DNA of 64,000 bases from an uncultured Selenomonadaceae bacterium (GCA_905234195.1 CAJOFR010000001.1:99057-163056), one strand, 5' to 3'; shown: positions 38,191 to 47,285, numbered from the stretch's first letter. The notes: a model not told the origin generated them from the letters alone. Numbers and translations: made by a program.

Positions 38191-39387
38191 TTGAAGTCGA
38201 CAACTGAAAACGACAACTTGATAATTTTTTTAAGCAAGCGCATAGATTCGGAAAACGCCGCAGAAATTGACGAAGAGATTGGAAAAATTATTGCCGAGCA
38301 CCCGAATTTAAACCCCGTGTTCGACGCGGAAAATCTCGAATATATTTCCAGCGTCGGTCTGCGCGTTATCCTGAAGTATCGCAAAATGGCAAAGGACACT
38401 TTGATTGTCCGCAACGTCTCGAAGGAAGTCTACGACATTTTTGAAATGACGGGCTTCACGAAACTTTTGACTGTCCGTCGAAAACTCCGCAACATTTCTA
38501 TTGACGGCTGCGCGCAGGTCGGCACGGGCTTGAGTAGCAAAGTTTATCGCATTGACCCCGAAAATATCGTGAAGGTTTACGATTTGAAAGTACCCTTATA
38601 CAAAATTGAGCGCGAAATTGATTTGGCGAAAAAAGCTTTCGTCGCCGGACTGCCTACCGCGATTTCTTACGACCTAGTAAAAGTCGGTGAGGCGTACGGC
38701 GTGGTTTTCGAGATGATTGCGGACGCCGTGAATGTCGGTGACGCGCTTAGTGCTGACAACGGAAAAAATTTCGACGCTATCATGAAAAAATTCGCCGCCC
38801 TGATGAAAACTATGCACAGCACGCCGGTTAATCCGAGCGACGGTTTTCCGTCGATAAAGGGCACGTGGGAAGATTGGGCGAAAGGCATGCGACAATTTTA
38901 CGACGACGCGGAATATTTTATGTTGCGGAAAATTATTTCTGCCGTCCCCGAACGAAATACGATTGTGCACTGCGATTTTCACGCGGGCAACACTCTTTAC
39001 CAGAACGGGGAGATTGTCGTTATCGATATGGCTGACGTCGGGTTTTCGCATCCCGTTTTCGATTTTGCCGCCGGAGCTTTTCACGCAATGGTTAGCGACG
39101 ACAAAGAGGGTATACAAAAATCTTTGAGTTTGTCGCAGGAAAATATTTTGCGCTTTTGGGATACGCTCTTGAGAAATTATTTCGAGACGGCAGACGAAAA
39201 TAAAATCGCCGAGATTAAAAATATTTTCAAGGCGTTTGCACTTTTGCGGGGCGCGCTCTTCCCGATGAAACACGTACAAATTCCCCAAGCGCGGAAAGAA
39301 TTTTTCGTGAACAGTGCCCGCAAAAACTTTTTCCCGAATTTTGATTGGGCAATGGAACAGGCGGCTAAACTCGACGAAATTTTTTAA
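38191..39387 (+). CDS. STAS domain fused to an aminoglycoside-phosphotransferase-like (APH/ChoK) kinase domain
   Basis: The N-terminal ~95 aa look STAS-like (ENLEYISSVGLRVIL...VYDIFEMTGFTKLL). The C-domain has the Brenner motif HCDFHAGN and IDMAD. The TTG start lies 8 nt after GAGGAGG. Confidence 0.65.
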   Translation: MKSTTENDNLIIFLSKRIDSENAAEIDEEIGKIIAEHPNLNPVFDAENLEYISSVGLRVILKYRKMAKDTLIVRNVSKEVYDIFEMTGFTKLLTVRRKLRNISIDGCAQVGTGLSSKVYRIDPENIVKVYDLKVPLYKIEREIDLAKKAFVAGLPTAISYDLVKVGEAYGVVFEMIADAVNVGDALSADNGKNFDAIMKKFAALMKTMHSTPVNPSDGFPSIKGTWEDWAKGMRQFYDDAEYFMLRKIISAVPERNTIVHCDFHAGNTLYQNGEIVVIDMADVGFSHPVFDFAAGAFHAMVSDDKEGIQKSLSLSQENILRFWDTLLRNYFETADENKIAEIKNIFKAFALLRGALFPMKHVQIPQARKEFFVNSARKNFFPNFDWAMEQAAKLDEIF

Positions 39388-39396
39388 GGAGAACTT

Positions 39397-40545
39397 ATGC
39401 TTAACGAAGAAATTTTGAAAAACGAATTGGCGGCAAGACTTTTGGCGAAACTTTTTGCAAAGGACGGCTCAATCGAAAACGCCATTAAAAATTCTCAAGT
39501 CGACGAGGAATTTTTGAACAACCTGACTAATGAACTTGTCGAGAAATTTTTGGACGGCGCGGATTTGAGCGAAGTCACCGCCGAAAAAATTTTCACCACG
39601 CCGAAAAATCCCGATAAGCCCGCCGAAAATCTGCGCGCCGAAAAAATTTTGAACGAAGATAAATTTTTCAGCGCGTCGGACAAAGCTGAAGTGCTCGTCG
39701 AGGCTCTGCCCTATATCCAGGAATTTTACGGCAAGACCGTCGTCGTCAAGTACGGCGGCAACGCGATGGTGAATGACGAGCTGAAAGAGAAAGTCATGCT
39801 CGACGTGGCGTTAATGAAGTACACGGGGATTAACGTCGTTATCGTGCACGGAGGCGGTCCCGAAATTACGCAGTTCCTTAAAAAAGTCGGTAAGGAGACT
39901 TCTTTTGTCAGCGGGTTGCGCGTCACCGACGAAGAGACCGTAGAAATTGCGGAGATGGTGCTTGACGGGAAGATTAATTCCGAAATTGTAAACTTGCTGA
40001 ATCGTCGCGGAGTTCGTGCCGTCGGATTGAGCGGCAAGGACGCGGATTTGATTCGCGCCGAAAAAAAACTTGCCACCGTCTACGATCAAGGCGACAAAAT
40101 TAAAGTTGATATCGGCTACGTCGGCAAGGCGAAGAAAATTGATATTCGCATTGTCGAGGATTTAATTCAAAGGGGCTACGTTCCGGTTATCGCGCCGATT
40201 GGCGTGGGCGAAGACGGCGAAAGCTACAACATAAACGCGGATTACGTGGCGGCGGATATTGCCGGAGCACTCAAGGCGGAAAAACTTTTGTTGCTCACGG
40301 ATACCGAAGGCGTCTACAAAAATTTTGAGGACAAGAGCAGTTTTATTTCGACGCTGACTGCTGACGAGGCGCGCGAATTTATCAAGAGCGGGATTATCGC
40401 CGGCGGAATGATTCCGAAAGTAGAGGCGTGTCTGCGCGCGCTGAATAACGGCGCGGGCAAGGCTCATATTATCGACGGAAGATTGCCGCACTCGATTATT
40501 CTGGAACTTTTCACCGCGCAGGGTATTGGCACGCAGGTAGAGTAA
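39397..40545 (+). CDS. argB: Acetylglutamate kinase with a ~90-aa N-terminal extension
   Basis: The core runs from ALPYIQEFYGKTVVVKYGGNAM to the end (VHGGGPEI, INADYVAA). An AAGGAG RBS precedes ATG 39397, so the extension appears to be translated. Confidence 0.88.
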   Translation: MLNEEILKNELAARLLAKLFAKDGSIENAIKNSQVDEEFLNNLTNELVEKFLDGADLSEVTAEKIFTTPKNPDKPAENLRAEKILNEDKFFSASDKAEVLVEALPYIQEFYGKTVVVKYGGNAMVNDELKEKVMLDVALMKYTGINVVIVHGGGPEITQFLKKVGKETSFVSGLRVTDEETVEIAEMVLDGKINSEIVNLLNRRGVRAVGLSGKDADLIRAEKKLATVYDQGDKIKVDIGYVGKAKKIDIRIVEDLIQRGYVPVIAPIGVGEDGESYNINADYVAADIAGALKAEKLLLLTDTEGVYKNFEDKSSFISTLTADEAREFIKSGIIAGGMIPKVEACLRALNNGAGKAHIIDGRLPHSIILELFTAQGIGTQVE

Positions 40546-40551
40546 ACTTTC

Positions 40552-40844
40552 ATGGAATCGGGCGCGGCAAAAATTTTTTTGAAGCCGCCTTCGGGAAAGA
40601 TCTCGACGAGTTTCATGACTTGTTGTGGATGCCTGAAGCTTTAATTATTCACCGCCAAAAATATTTCGACAACGTTACGAAAGATTGGCGCGAAAAATTT
40701 CATTCGCTTAATCCTTTCGAGCTGGAGGAGATAAAAAAAATTATCGCAATCAACAAATTCAGCGACGCGGTTATTTCTGCGGCGGGCTCCGAAGACGTCC
40801 GCGAAGTGCTGAAGTTTTATAAAATCACCCGCGACAAAATTTAA
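40552..40844 (+). pseudogene. Small ORF (~98 aa if joined) split by a frame change at a T7 run; function unknown
   Basis: ATG 40552 opens a 30-codon frame. The 74-aa track ORF (40620-40844) is open upstream back through the T7 run (40574-40580). One extra T would join them into MESGAAKIFFEAAFGKDLDEFHDLLWMPEAL... Confidence 0.35.
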
Positions 40845-40856
40845 GGAGGAATACTT

Positions 40857-42062
40857 TTGAAAGAAACTCAAGAGCAGATTTTTGCAAGAGATGACAATAA
40901 TTATTTGCCGGTGTTCAATCGTTACAAGATCGTTTTGGAGCGCGGCGAGGGCGCGTATCTTTACGACGTGAACGGCAAAAAATATATCGACTTCCTTGCC
41001 GGAATTGCCGTCAACGTTTTGGGGCACGGCTATGCTCCTCTCGTCGACGCAATTCAAAAACAAGCCGCGAAAGTTATTCACGTGTCGAATCTTTATTACA
41101 CGGAGCCGCAAGCCGCCGCCGCTGAAAAACTCGTCAAACTCAGCGGACTTGACCGCGCGTTTTTTGCCAATTCCGGCGCGGAGGCGAACGAGGGCGCGAT
41201 TAAAATTGCCCGCAAGTTCGCGCACCAAATCGACGCGGAAAAATCTCAAATTATTACGGCGTGGGACAGCTTTCACGGCAGGACACTTGCCACGCTCACC
41301 GCGACCGGTCAGCCGAAATATCACAAGGGTTTTGAACCACTACCCGCCGGTTTCGATTACGTTCATTACAACGACATCGCCGAACTTGAGGAAAAAATCA
41401 GCGACAAAACTTGCGCGGTGATGCTTGAGACGATTCAGGGCGAAGGCGGCGTTTATCCGCCGAAAAATAATTACCTGCAAAAAGTTCGCGAACTCTGCAA
41501 CGAACACGGCGCGCTTTTGATTCTCGACGAAATTCAAGCGGGTATGGGCAGGAGCGGAAAATTTTTTGCCTACGAAAAATACGGCGTCAAGCCCGATATT
41601 GTCACGCTTGCGAAAGGTCTTGCGGGCGGCGTCCCGATTGGCGCGTTTATCGTCACTGAAAAAGTTGCGCGGGCTTTTCACGCGGGGGATCACGGCACGA
41701 CTTTTGGCGGCAACCCTCTTGCTTGCGCGGCGGCTAATGTTGTCCTCGACACAATCCCGAACGAAAAATTTTTGGCGCACGTCGAAGAGGTCGGCAATTA
41801 TTTCAAGGGCAAGCTCGTCGAACTGCAAAAGAAATATCCCGAACAGATTAGCGAAGTTCGCGGCGAGGGTTTGATTTTAGGTTTACAACTCGATAAGCCA
41901 AAAAAATCCGGCGTCGAAATTGTCAACGAGTGTCTGAAACGCGGCGCGATTATAAATTGCACGGTCGGCACTGTTTTGAGATTTATTCCGCCGCTGATTA
42001 TCACCGCCGCGCAGGTCGACGAGGTTATAAAAATTTTGGACGAAGTTTTTAGCGAGGAGTGA
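40857..42062 (+). CDS. argD: Acetylornithine aminotransferase (class III PLP)
   Basis: Motifs FANSGAEANEGAIK, LILDEIQAGMGRSG and the lysine motif TLAKGLAGG are present. The TTG start lies 7 nt after AAGGAGG. Confidence 0.88.
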   Translation: MKETQEQIFARDDNNYLPVFNRYKIVLERGEGAYLYDVNGKKYIDFLAGIAVNVLGHGYAPLVDAIQKQAAKVIHVSNLYYTEPQAAAAEKLVKLSGLDRAFFANSGAEANEGAIKIARKFAHQIDAEKSQIITAWDSFHGRTLATLTATGQPKYHKGFEPLPAGFDYVHYNDIAELEEKISDKTCAVMLETIQGEGGVYPPKNNYLQKVRELCNEHGALLILDEIQAGMGRSGKFFAYEKYGVKPDIVTLAKGLAGGVPIGAFIVTEKVARAFHAGDHGTTFGGNPLACAAANVVLDTIPNEKFLAHVEEVGNYFKGKLVELQKKYPEQISEVRGEGLILGLQLDKPKKSGVEIVNECLKRGAIINCTVGTVLRFIPPLIITAAQVDEVIKILDEVFSEE

Positions 42063-42068
42063 TTTGTT

Positions 42069-43001
42069 TTGCTTAGAGGAAAAGATTTGCTTTCGATTCA
42101 CGAACTAAGCGTCGACGAAGTGGAAGAAATTTTGAACTTCGCGGCGGAGCTGAAGTCTATGTACCGTTCAAAATTCACGCCGGATTTTCTGAAGGGGAAA
42201 ACTCTCGGCATGATTTTTGAAAAGTCTTCGACAAGGACGCGCGTTTCTTTTGAAGTGGGCATGTATCAGCTGGGCGGCAGTGCGCTTTTTCTTTCAAACC
42301 GTGATTTGCAGCTTGGGCGTGGCGAGCCGATAAAAGACACCGCGCGCGTTTTGTCTCGCTACCTTGACGGGATTATGATTCGCACTTTCGGGCACGACCG
42401 CCTTGTTGAGTTCGCGAAGTACGCAAAAATCCCCATTATAAACGGATTGAGCGATTTGCTCCACCCCTGCCAGGTTTTGACGGACTTGGTGACGATTCGC
42501 GAGCACAAGGGAAAAAATTTGCAGAATTTGAAAATGGCTTACGTCGGCGACGGCAACAACATGGCTAATTCTTATCTTTACGGCGCGGCGAAGGTCGGCA
42601 TGGCTCTGACTGTGGCGACGCCCACGAATTACAAGCCGAACGCTGAAGTTTTTGAAAATGCCGTCGAAGATGCCGAAGAGACCGGCGCGGAATTGAGTTG
42701 GACGGAAGATCCCGTTGCCGCCGTGAAGGACGCGGATATTATTGCGACGGACACTTGGGCGAGCATGGGGCAGGAGTCCGAGCACGACGAGCGCAAGAAA
42801 ATTTTCATGCCCTATCAAGTCAACAGCGAACTTTTGAGCCATGCGAACAAAAACGCGATTGTCATGCACTGTTTGCCGGCGTATCGCGGCGAAGAAATCA
42901 CCGACGAGGTTTTTGAGAATAACGCGGAAATTATTTTTGACGAGGCGGAAAATCGTCTGCACACCCAAAAGGCAATTATGGCCTTGACCATGATGGATTA
43001 G
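42069..43001 (+). CDS. argF: Ornithine carbamoyltransferase
   Basis: Motifs SSTRTRVSFE, HPCQVLTD, DTWASMGQE and HCLPAYRGEE are present. Confidence 0.9.
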   Translation: MLRGKDLLSIHELSVDEVEEILNFAAELKSMYRSKFTPDFLKGKTLGMIFEKSSTRTRVSFEVGMYQLGGSALFLSNRDLQLGRGEPIKDTARVLSRYLDGIMIRTFGHDRLVEFAKYAKIPIINGLSDLLHPCQVLTDLVTIREHKGKNLQNLKMAYVGDGNNMANSYLYGAAKVGMALTVATPTNYKPNAEVFENAVEDAEETGAELSWTEDPVAAVKDADIIATDTWASMGQESEHDERKKIFMPYQVNSELLSHANKNAIVMHCLPAYRGEEITDEVFENNAEIIFDEAENRLHTQKAIMALTMMD

Positions 43002-43013
43002 GGATTAGAGATT
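42996..43013. repeat. GATTAGR heptad micro-array (2.6 units) that includes the argF stop codon
   Basis: The sequence reads GATTAGG GATTAGA GATT. The argF TAG (42999-43001) is the TAG of the first unit. Confidence 0.6.
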
Positions 43014-43065
43014 TTTCTCGACACTCGTCGCTAATCTGTGGTAAAATATTTTTGAGGTGATAAAA

Positions 43066-43212
43066 ATGAAACACATTAAAACTGTCAACAAGCCGAGCTT
43101 GCAATCCACGCTGAAAACCGGAGGTTGCGGCGAATGTCAAGCTTCCTGCCAATCTGCCTGCAAGACGAGTTGCACCGTAGGCAATCAGGTTTGCGAACGT
43201 CAGAAGAAATAA
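43066..43212 (+). CDS. scfA: SCIFF six-cysteine ranthipeptide precursor (48 aa)
   Basis: I translated it by hand as MKHIKTVNKPSLQSTLKTGGCGECQASCQSACKTSCTVGNQVCERQKK. The GGCGECQ.SCQSACKTSCTVGNQ core matches the SCIFF family as I recall it. A GAGGTGA RBS lies upstream. It is not in the ORF track because it is shorter than 60 aa. Confidence 0.85.
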   Translation: MKHIKTVNKPSLQSTLKTGGCGECQASCQSACKTSCTVGNQVCERQKK

Positions 43213-43239
43213 TCTGCGCGGATTTTTGACAAAATAAAA

Positions 43240-43272
43240 CTACCGACGAAATTAATCGCCGGTAGTTTTTTT
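43240..43272 (+). terminator. Intrinsic terminator after scfA, probably bidirectional
   Basis: The stem CTACCGACG / CGCCGGTAG has one mismatch and an 8-nt loop. T7 follows and an A-rich tract precedes it, so it also fits the convergent NlpC/P60 gene. Confidence 0.7.
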
Positions 43273-43290
43273 ATTGAGTCCGAAAATTTT

Positions 43291-43959
43291 TTACATCATT
43301 CTGCGCGCGCCGATATAATGCGTGCTGTAATATTGGCTGTTCAAAGAAGAAATCGTCACGCAACCGCGTCCGGAACTTGCATGAATAAATTTGTCGTCGC
43401 CGAGATAAATTCCGACATGTGACGCGCCATAAGTATAGGTGGTGAAGAAAACGGCGTCGCCGGGGATAAGTTCAGACCTGGAAACGGGCGTGCCAACTTC
43501 AAATTGATAATCCGCAGTGCGTGGGAGATTTACGCCGACCTGTTTGAAGACAAACTGAACATAAGCGGAACAATCCAGCCCGTAAGAAGGGCTATTGCCG
43601 CCGAAAACGTAAGGGACGCCGAGATACTGTTGAGCAATGTCCAAAAGTTGGGTATTGATATAGCTGGATTCGGGAGCGGTGTTCGGCATATCCTTGCCGA
43701 CCAGCGCGGCATAAGTCGCCGAACTGACAACGCCGTCCGCCTTTATTCCTTTGGAAGACTGAAAAGATTTGACAGCCTCAACTGTCGCCGGACCGTAGGC
43801 CCCATCCGCAATGACATCGTAGCCGAGATTGACAAGTTTGCCCTGAATTTCTGCAACGTCCTTGCCTTGATCTCCCACCTTAAATGCAGCGAAAGTCACG
43901 GCGGAATTTATCGTTAAAAGCATCAACACCATAGCCAAAGTCCGGAATAACATCATCAA
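43291..43959 (-). CDS. Secreted NlpC/P60 cell-wall hydrolase with a PG_binding_1 domain
   Basis: It has a signal peptide, a PG-binding repeat (DVAEIQGKLVNLGY...DGAYGPATVEAVKSFQ) and an NlpC/P60 core (GLDCSAYVQFVF...HVGIYLG). Confidence 0.85.
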   Translation of the reverse strand: MMMLFRTLAMVLMLLTINSAVTFAAFKVGDQGKDVAEIQGKLVNLGYDVIADGAYGPATVEAVKSFQSSKGIKADGVVSSATYAALVGKDMPNTAPESSYINTQLLDIAQQYLGVPYVFGGNSPSYGLDCSAYVQFVFKQVGVNLPRTADYQFEVGTPVSRSELIPGDAVFFTTYTYGASHVGIYLGDDKFIHASSGRGCVTISSLNSQYYSTHYIGARRMM

Positions 43960-44054
43960 TAAAACACACCTTTCACTTTTTAATCAAATTTTAACAATCT
44001 TTAATGTGATTATAACCTTTTTCCCTGATTTATGCATGAAATTTAGAGACATTT

Positions 44055-44609
44055 TTACAGCTCGGCAGCATGTTCACCCATGCCCTTAATGCAAAGCTCC
44101 ATGAGTTTATCGAGTTCCATGCCCAAATTTTCCGCGCCGCGCTTGATAACTTCGCGGTCACACTTCGCGGCAAAACGTTTATCCTTAAATTTTTTCTTCA
44201 AGCTTTTAACCGTCATGCCCTCGAATTTTTCGGGACGCATCAGCGAATACGCATGAACAATCCCCGTGAGTTCGTCGACGGCGAAAAGAGATTTTTGGCA
44301 ATCCGTTTTCGGCTCAATGTCCGCGCCGGTCAAGCCGTAGCCGTGCGAAATAATCGTTTCAATGTCGTCGTTGGAAATTCCCTCCGGCTCCAAAAGTTCG
44401 CGAACGTGTTGGCAGTGTTCGTCGGGGAATTTTTCAAAGTCGACGTCGTGAAGATAACCTATCGCCTCCCAATGTTCTTTATCCGCGCCGAAATGTTCCG
44501 CCATTGCGCCCATTGCCGCGCTCACCGCCGCCGCGTGAATGAACAAATGCGGTTCGGTTGTATGTTTGCTTAAAATTTCTTTTGCCTTAACCAATGTTAA
44601 TTCGCCCAT
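44055..44609 (-). CDS. HD-domain phosphohydrolase (HDIG-like, 184 aa)
   Basis: Motifs HAAAVSAAM and GYLHDVD are present. A GGAGA RBS lies upstream. Confidence 0.7.
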   Translation of the reverse strand: MGELTLVKAKEILSKHTTEPHLFIHAAAVSAAMGAMAEHFGADKEHWEAIGYLHDVDFEKFPDEHCQHVRELLEPEGISNDDIETIISHGYGLTGADIEPKTDCQKSLFAVDELTGIVHAYSLMRPEKFEGMTVKSLKKKFKDKRFAAKCDREVIKRGAENLGMELDKLMELCIKGMGEHAAEL

Positions 44610-44639
44610 TTAAATTTCTCCTAAAAATTTTTTTAGCAT

Positions 44640-44670
44640 TTTCTTTTCTTTTTTAGAAAAAGAAAAGAAA
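44640..44670. repeat. Perfect 14-bp purine/pyrimidine-tract inverted repeat (TTTCTTTTCTTTTT tag AAAAAGAAAAGAAA)
   Basis: I read it directly. It has a 3-nt loop and lies between the uvrA terminator and the RBS of the HD gene. Confidence 0.5.
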
Positions 44671-44671
44671 C

Positions 44672-44718
44672 AAAAGAAAAATCGCCCGCTGTATTCGCGT
44701 CACGCTCATAGCGCGGGC
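44672..44718 (-). terminator. Possible uvrA intrinsic terminator
   Basis: On the minus strand, the stem GCCCGC...GCGGGC has a large loop and is followed by ATTTTTCTTTT. Confidence 0.4.
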
Positions 44719-44741
44719 ACTGCCGTCATCCATGACGGCTT

Positions 44742-47261
44742 TTAATCTCCGAATAAGATATTTTTTAACGCTTGACCGGTGTAAGAATTTTCGACCTGCG
44801 CGATTTTTTCGGGCGCACCACACGCCACGAGTTGCCCGCCGCGATCCCCACCTTCGGGTCCCAAATCGATAATATAATCCGCATTTTTGATTATGTCAAG
44901 GTTGTGCTCGATAATTATCACCGTGTCGCCGCGATTCACCAGCCGCTGAACAACTTCGATTAATTTTTTCACGTCGTCGAAGTGCAAACCTGTCGTCGGC
45001 TCGTCCATGATATAAATATTTTTCTCTTGAGTTATCGGGCGGGCAAGTTGCGCGGCAAGTTTTACGCGCTGGGATTCTCCGCCGCTCAAAGTATTCGCCG
45101 GCTGACCAAGCTCAATATAACCTAAGCCGACGTCGTGCAAAACCTGCAACATTCTTTTTATCCACGAAATATTTTCAAAAAAAATCAAAGCCTCGTCGAC
45201 GGTCATCGCCAAAACGTCCGCGATATTTTTCCCCTTGTATTTAACTTCCAGCGTCTCGGCATTAAAGCGCGCGCCCTTGCACACGTCGCAAGTAACGTAT
45301 ACGTCCGGCAAAAAATTCATCGGGATTTTCAAAACCCCGTTGCCGCTACAAGTTTCGCAACGCCCGCCCTTGACGTTGAAACTGAATCGGCTGGAAGTGT
45401 AGCCGCGAACTTTAGAGCCGTGCGTTTCGGCAAAAAGATTTCTAATCCTGTCAAAAATTTTCGTGTACGTCACGACATTCGAGCGCGGCGAACGCCCAAT
45501 CGGATCTTGATCAATTTTTATAATCGTCTGCACGCCCAAATTTTTCAAAAGCTCCTTGTCCTTCGACAGGCGCGGATAAATAATTTCTTCGACAAGCGTC
45601 GATTTCCCGCTGCCGGAAACTCCGGTGATAATTGTCAAAATTTCCAGCGGAACCTTAACAGAAAAATCGCGCAGGTTGTTCGCGCTGACGTTTTCAAAAT
45701 CTATGAACTTTTCGGCGCGTCGACGAACGGCGGGGATTAAAATTTTCTCGCGCCCGCTCAAATAATCTCCCGTCAAAGAATTTTTGTTCGCCGCAACTTC
45801 TTCCGTCGTGCCCTGCGCGATAACTTCGCCGCCATTTTTTCCCGCGCCCCGACCAATGTCAACGAGCATATCCGCCGCGCGCATTGTCTCCTCGTCGTGC
45901 TCAACCACGAGCAAAGTATTTCCCAAGTCGCGCAGATTTTTCAGCGTCTGCAAAAGTTTTTGGTTGTCGTGTTGGTGCAGACCTATGGACGGCTCGTCAA
46001 GGACATAGAGCACGCCGGTCAGCGCGGAACCAATTTGCGTGGCAAGCCTTATGCGCTGAAATTCTCCGCCGGATAAAGTTGCGGACTTCCTCGACAAAGT
46101 CAGATAATCCAAGCCGACGTCGCGTAAAAATTTCAGCCGAGATTTAATTTCCTTGAGGATTTGACGAGAAATTTTTTTATCGGTGTCGTCAAGTTTTTCG
46201 TCAAGCTCCGCGAAAAATCTCCCGCAACTTTCAACGGACATATCGACAACCTGCGCGATATTTTTTTCGTCGATTGTGACACCCAACGCGGCGGGGCTTA
46301 GGCGTTGCCCGTGACAATCCGGACAAATGTCGAAGCCGTCTTCGTTGGTTTTAAATTCGTGCACCGCCTGCATCCACTCGAACATACTCGACCAATTCAG
46401 CTGACGAAAAATCCTGCCAAGCCCGCCGCAAGTTTTGCACGCGCCGCGAGGACTGTTAAAAGAAAAAAGTTGCGGCTCAATATCCGGCAAGCTGATTCCA
46501 CAATCGACGCAAGCATTTTTTTCGCTGAAGGTGATTTTATTTTCGCCCTCAACAAACTCAACGGCGGCGACTCCATTCCCGAACTTCAGCGCGGTTTCCA
46601 AAGAGTCAGCCAGCCGCGAGCGAAGACCTTCGCGAATAATCAGCCGGTCAACGACAAGATTAATCGTGTGCTTTTTCGTTTTGGCGAGGTTAATTTCTTC
46701 GTCGAGGTCATAAATTTTTCCGTCGACCTGCGCGCGAACGAAGCCGGCATTTCTCAGCCGCTCAAAAATTTCTTTGTGCTGCCCCTTCTGCTGATTGACA
46801 ATGGGCGCGAGCAAATTAAATCTCGTGCCCTCCGGAATTTTCAAAATCTGCTCAAGAATTTGGTCGACGCTTTGAGGAGTGACGGGCTTGCCGCAATTTG
46901 GACAGTGCGGCTTGCCAATGCGCGCGAAGAGCAAACGCAGATAATCATAAATTTCCGTGACAGTGCCGACAGTCGAGCGCGGATTATTATTCGTCGTCTT
47001 CTGATTAATCGCGATCGCCGGACTCAAGCCCTCAATCAATTCGACGTCAGGTTTATCAGGCAGCCCCAAAAATTGCCGCGCGTAACTTGACAGCGACTCC
47101 ATATAACGGCGTTGTCCTTCGGCGTAAATCGTGTCAAAGGCAAGCGAACTTTTTCCCGAACCCGACACACCGGTTATCACGACAAATTTTTCGCGCGGAA
47201 TTTCCACATCAATATTCTTGAGATTGTGGACGCGCGCGCCGCGAACTTTTATAAAATCCAA
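44742..47261 (-). CDS. uvrA: Excinuclease ABC subunit A, with the UvrB-binding domain present and the insertion domain almost absent
   Basis: 839 aa with a TTG start. Canonical N-terminus [19 protein letters not shown]. The UvrB-binding region is present (HCPNCGKPV...LVVDRLII). Only 34 aa separate CKTCGGLG from CPDCHGQRL. Both ABC modules are intact. Confidence 0.9.
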   Translation of the reverse strand: MDFIKVRGARVHNLKNIDVEIPREKFVVITGVSGSGKSSLAFDTIYAEGQRRYMESLSSYARQFLGLPDKPDVELIEGLSPAIAINQKTTNNNPRSTVGTVTEIYDYLRLLFARIGKPHCPNCGKPVTPQSVDQILEQILKIPEGTRFNLLAPIVNQQKGQHKEIFERLRNAGFVRAQVDGKIYDLDEEINLAKTKKHTINLVVDRLIIREGLRSRLADSLETALKFGNGVAAVEFVEGENKITFSEKNACVDCGISLPDIEPQLFSFNSPRGACKTCGGLGRIFRQLNWSSMFEWMQAVHEFKTNEDGFDICPDCHGQRLSPAALGVTIDEKNIAQVVDMSVESCGRFFAELDEKLDDTDKKISRQILKEIKSRLKFLRDVGLDYLTLSRKSATLSGGEFQRIRLATQIGSALTGVLYVLDEPSIGLHQHDNQKLLQTLKNLRDLGNTLLVVEHDEETMRAADMLVDIGRGAGKNGGEVIAQGTTEEVAANKNSLTGDYLSGREKILIPAVRRRAEKFIDFENVSANNLRDFSVKVPLEILTIITGVSGSGKSTLVEEIIYPRLSKDKELLKNLGVQTIIKIDQDPIGRSPRSNVVTYTKIFDRIRNLFAETHGSKVRGYTSSRFSFNVKGGRCETCSGNGVLKIPMNFLPDVYVTCDVCKGARFNAETLEVKYKGKNIADVLAMTVDEALIFFENISWIKRMLQVLHDVGLGYIELGQPANTLSGGESQRVKLAAQLARPITQEKNIYIMDEPTTGLHFDDVKKLIEVVQRLVNRGDTVIIIEHNLDIIKNADYIIDLGPEGGDRGGQLVACGAPEKIAQVENSYTGQALKNILFGD

Positions 47262-47285
47262 AAAAATTCCCCCGAAAATATTTTT

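Noticed and set aside
44722-44739. The perfect hairpin GCCGTCAT-cc-ATGACGGC right after the uvrA stop, as the uvrA terminator.
   Set aside because: On the uvrA (minus) strand no U-tract follows it. The T-run follows only on the plus strand, where there is nothing to terminate. The downstream GC stem plus ATTTTTCTTTT is the better candidate.
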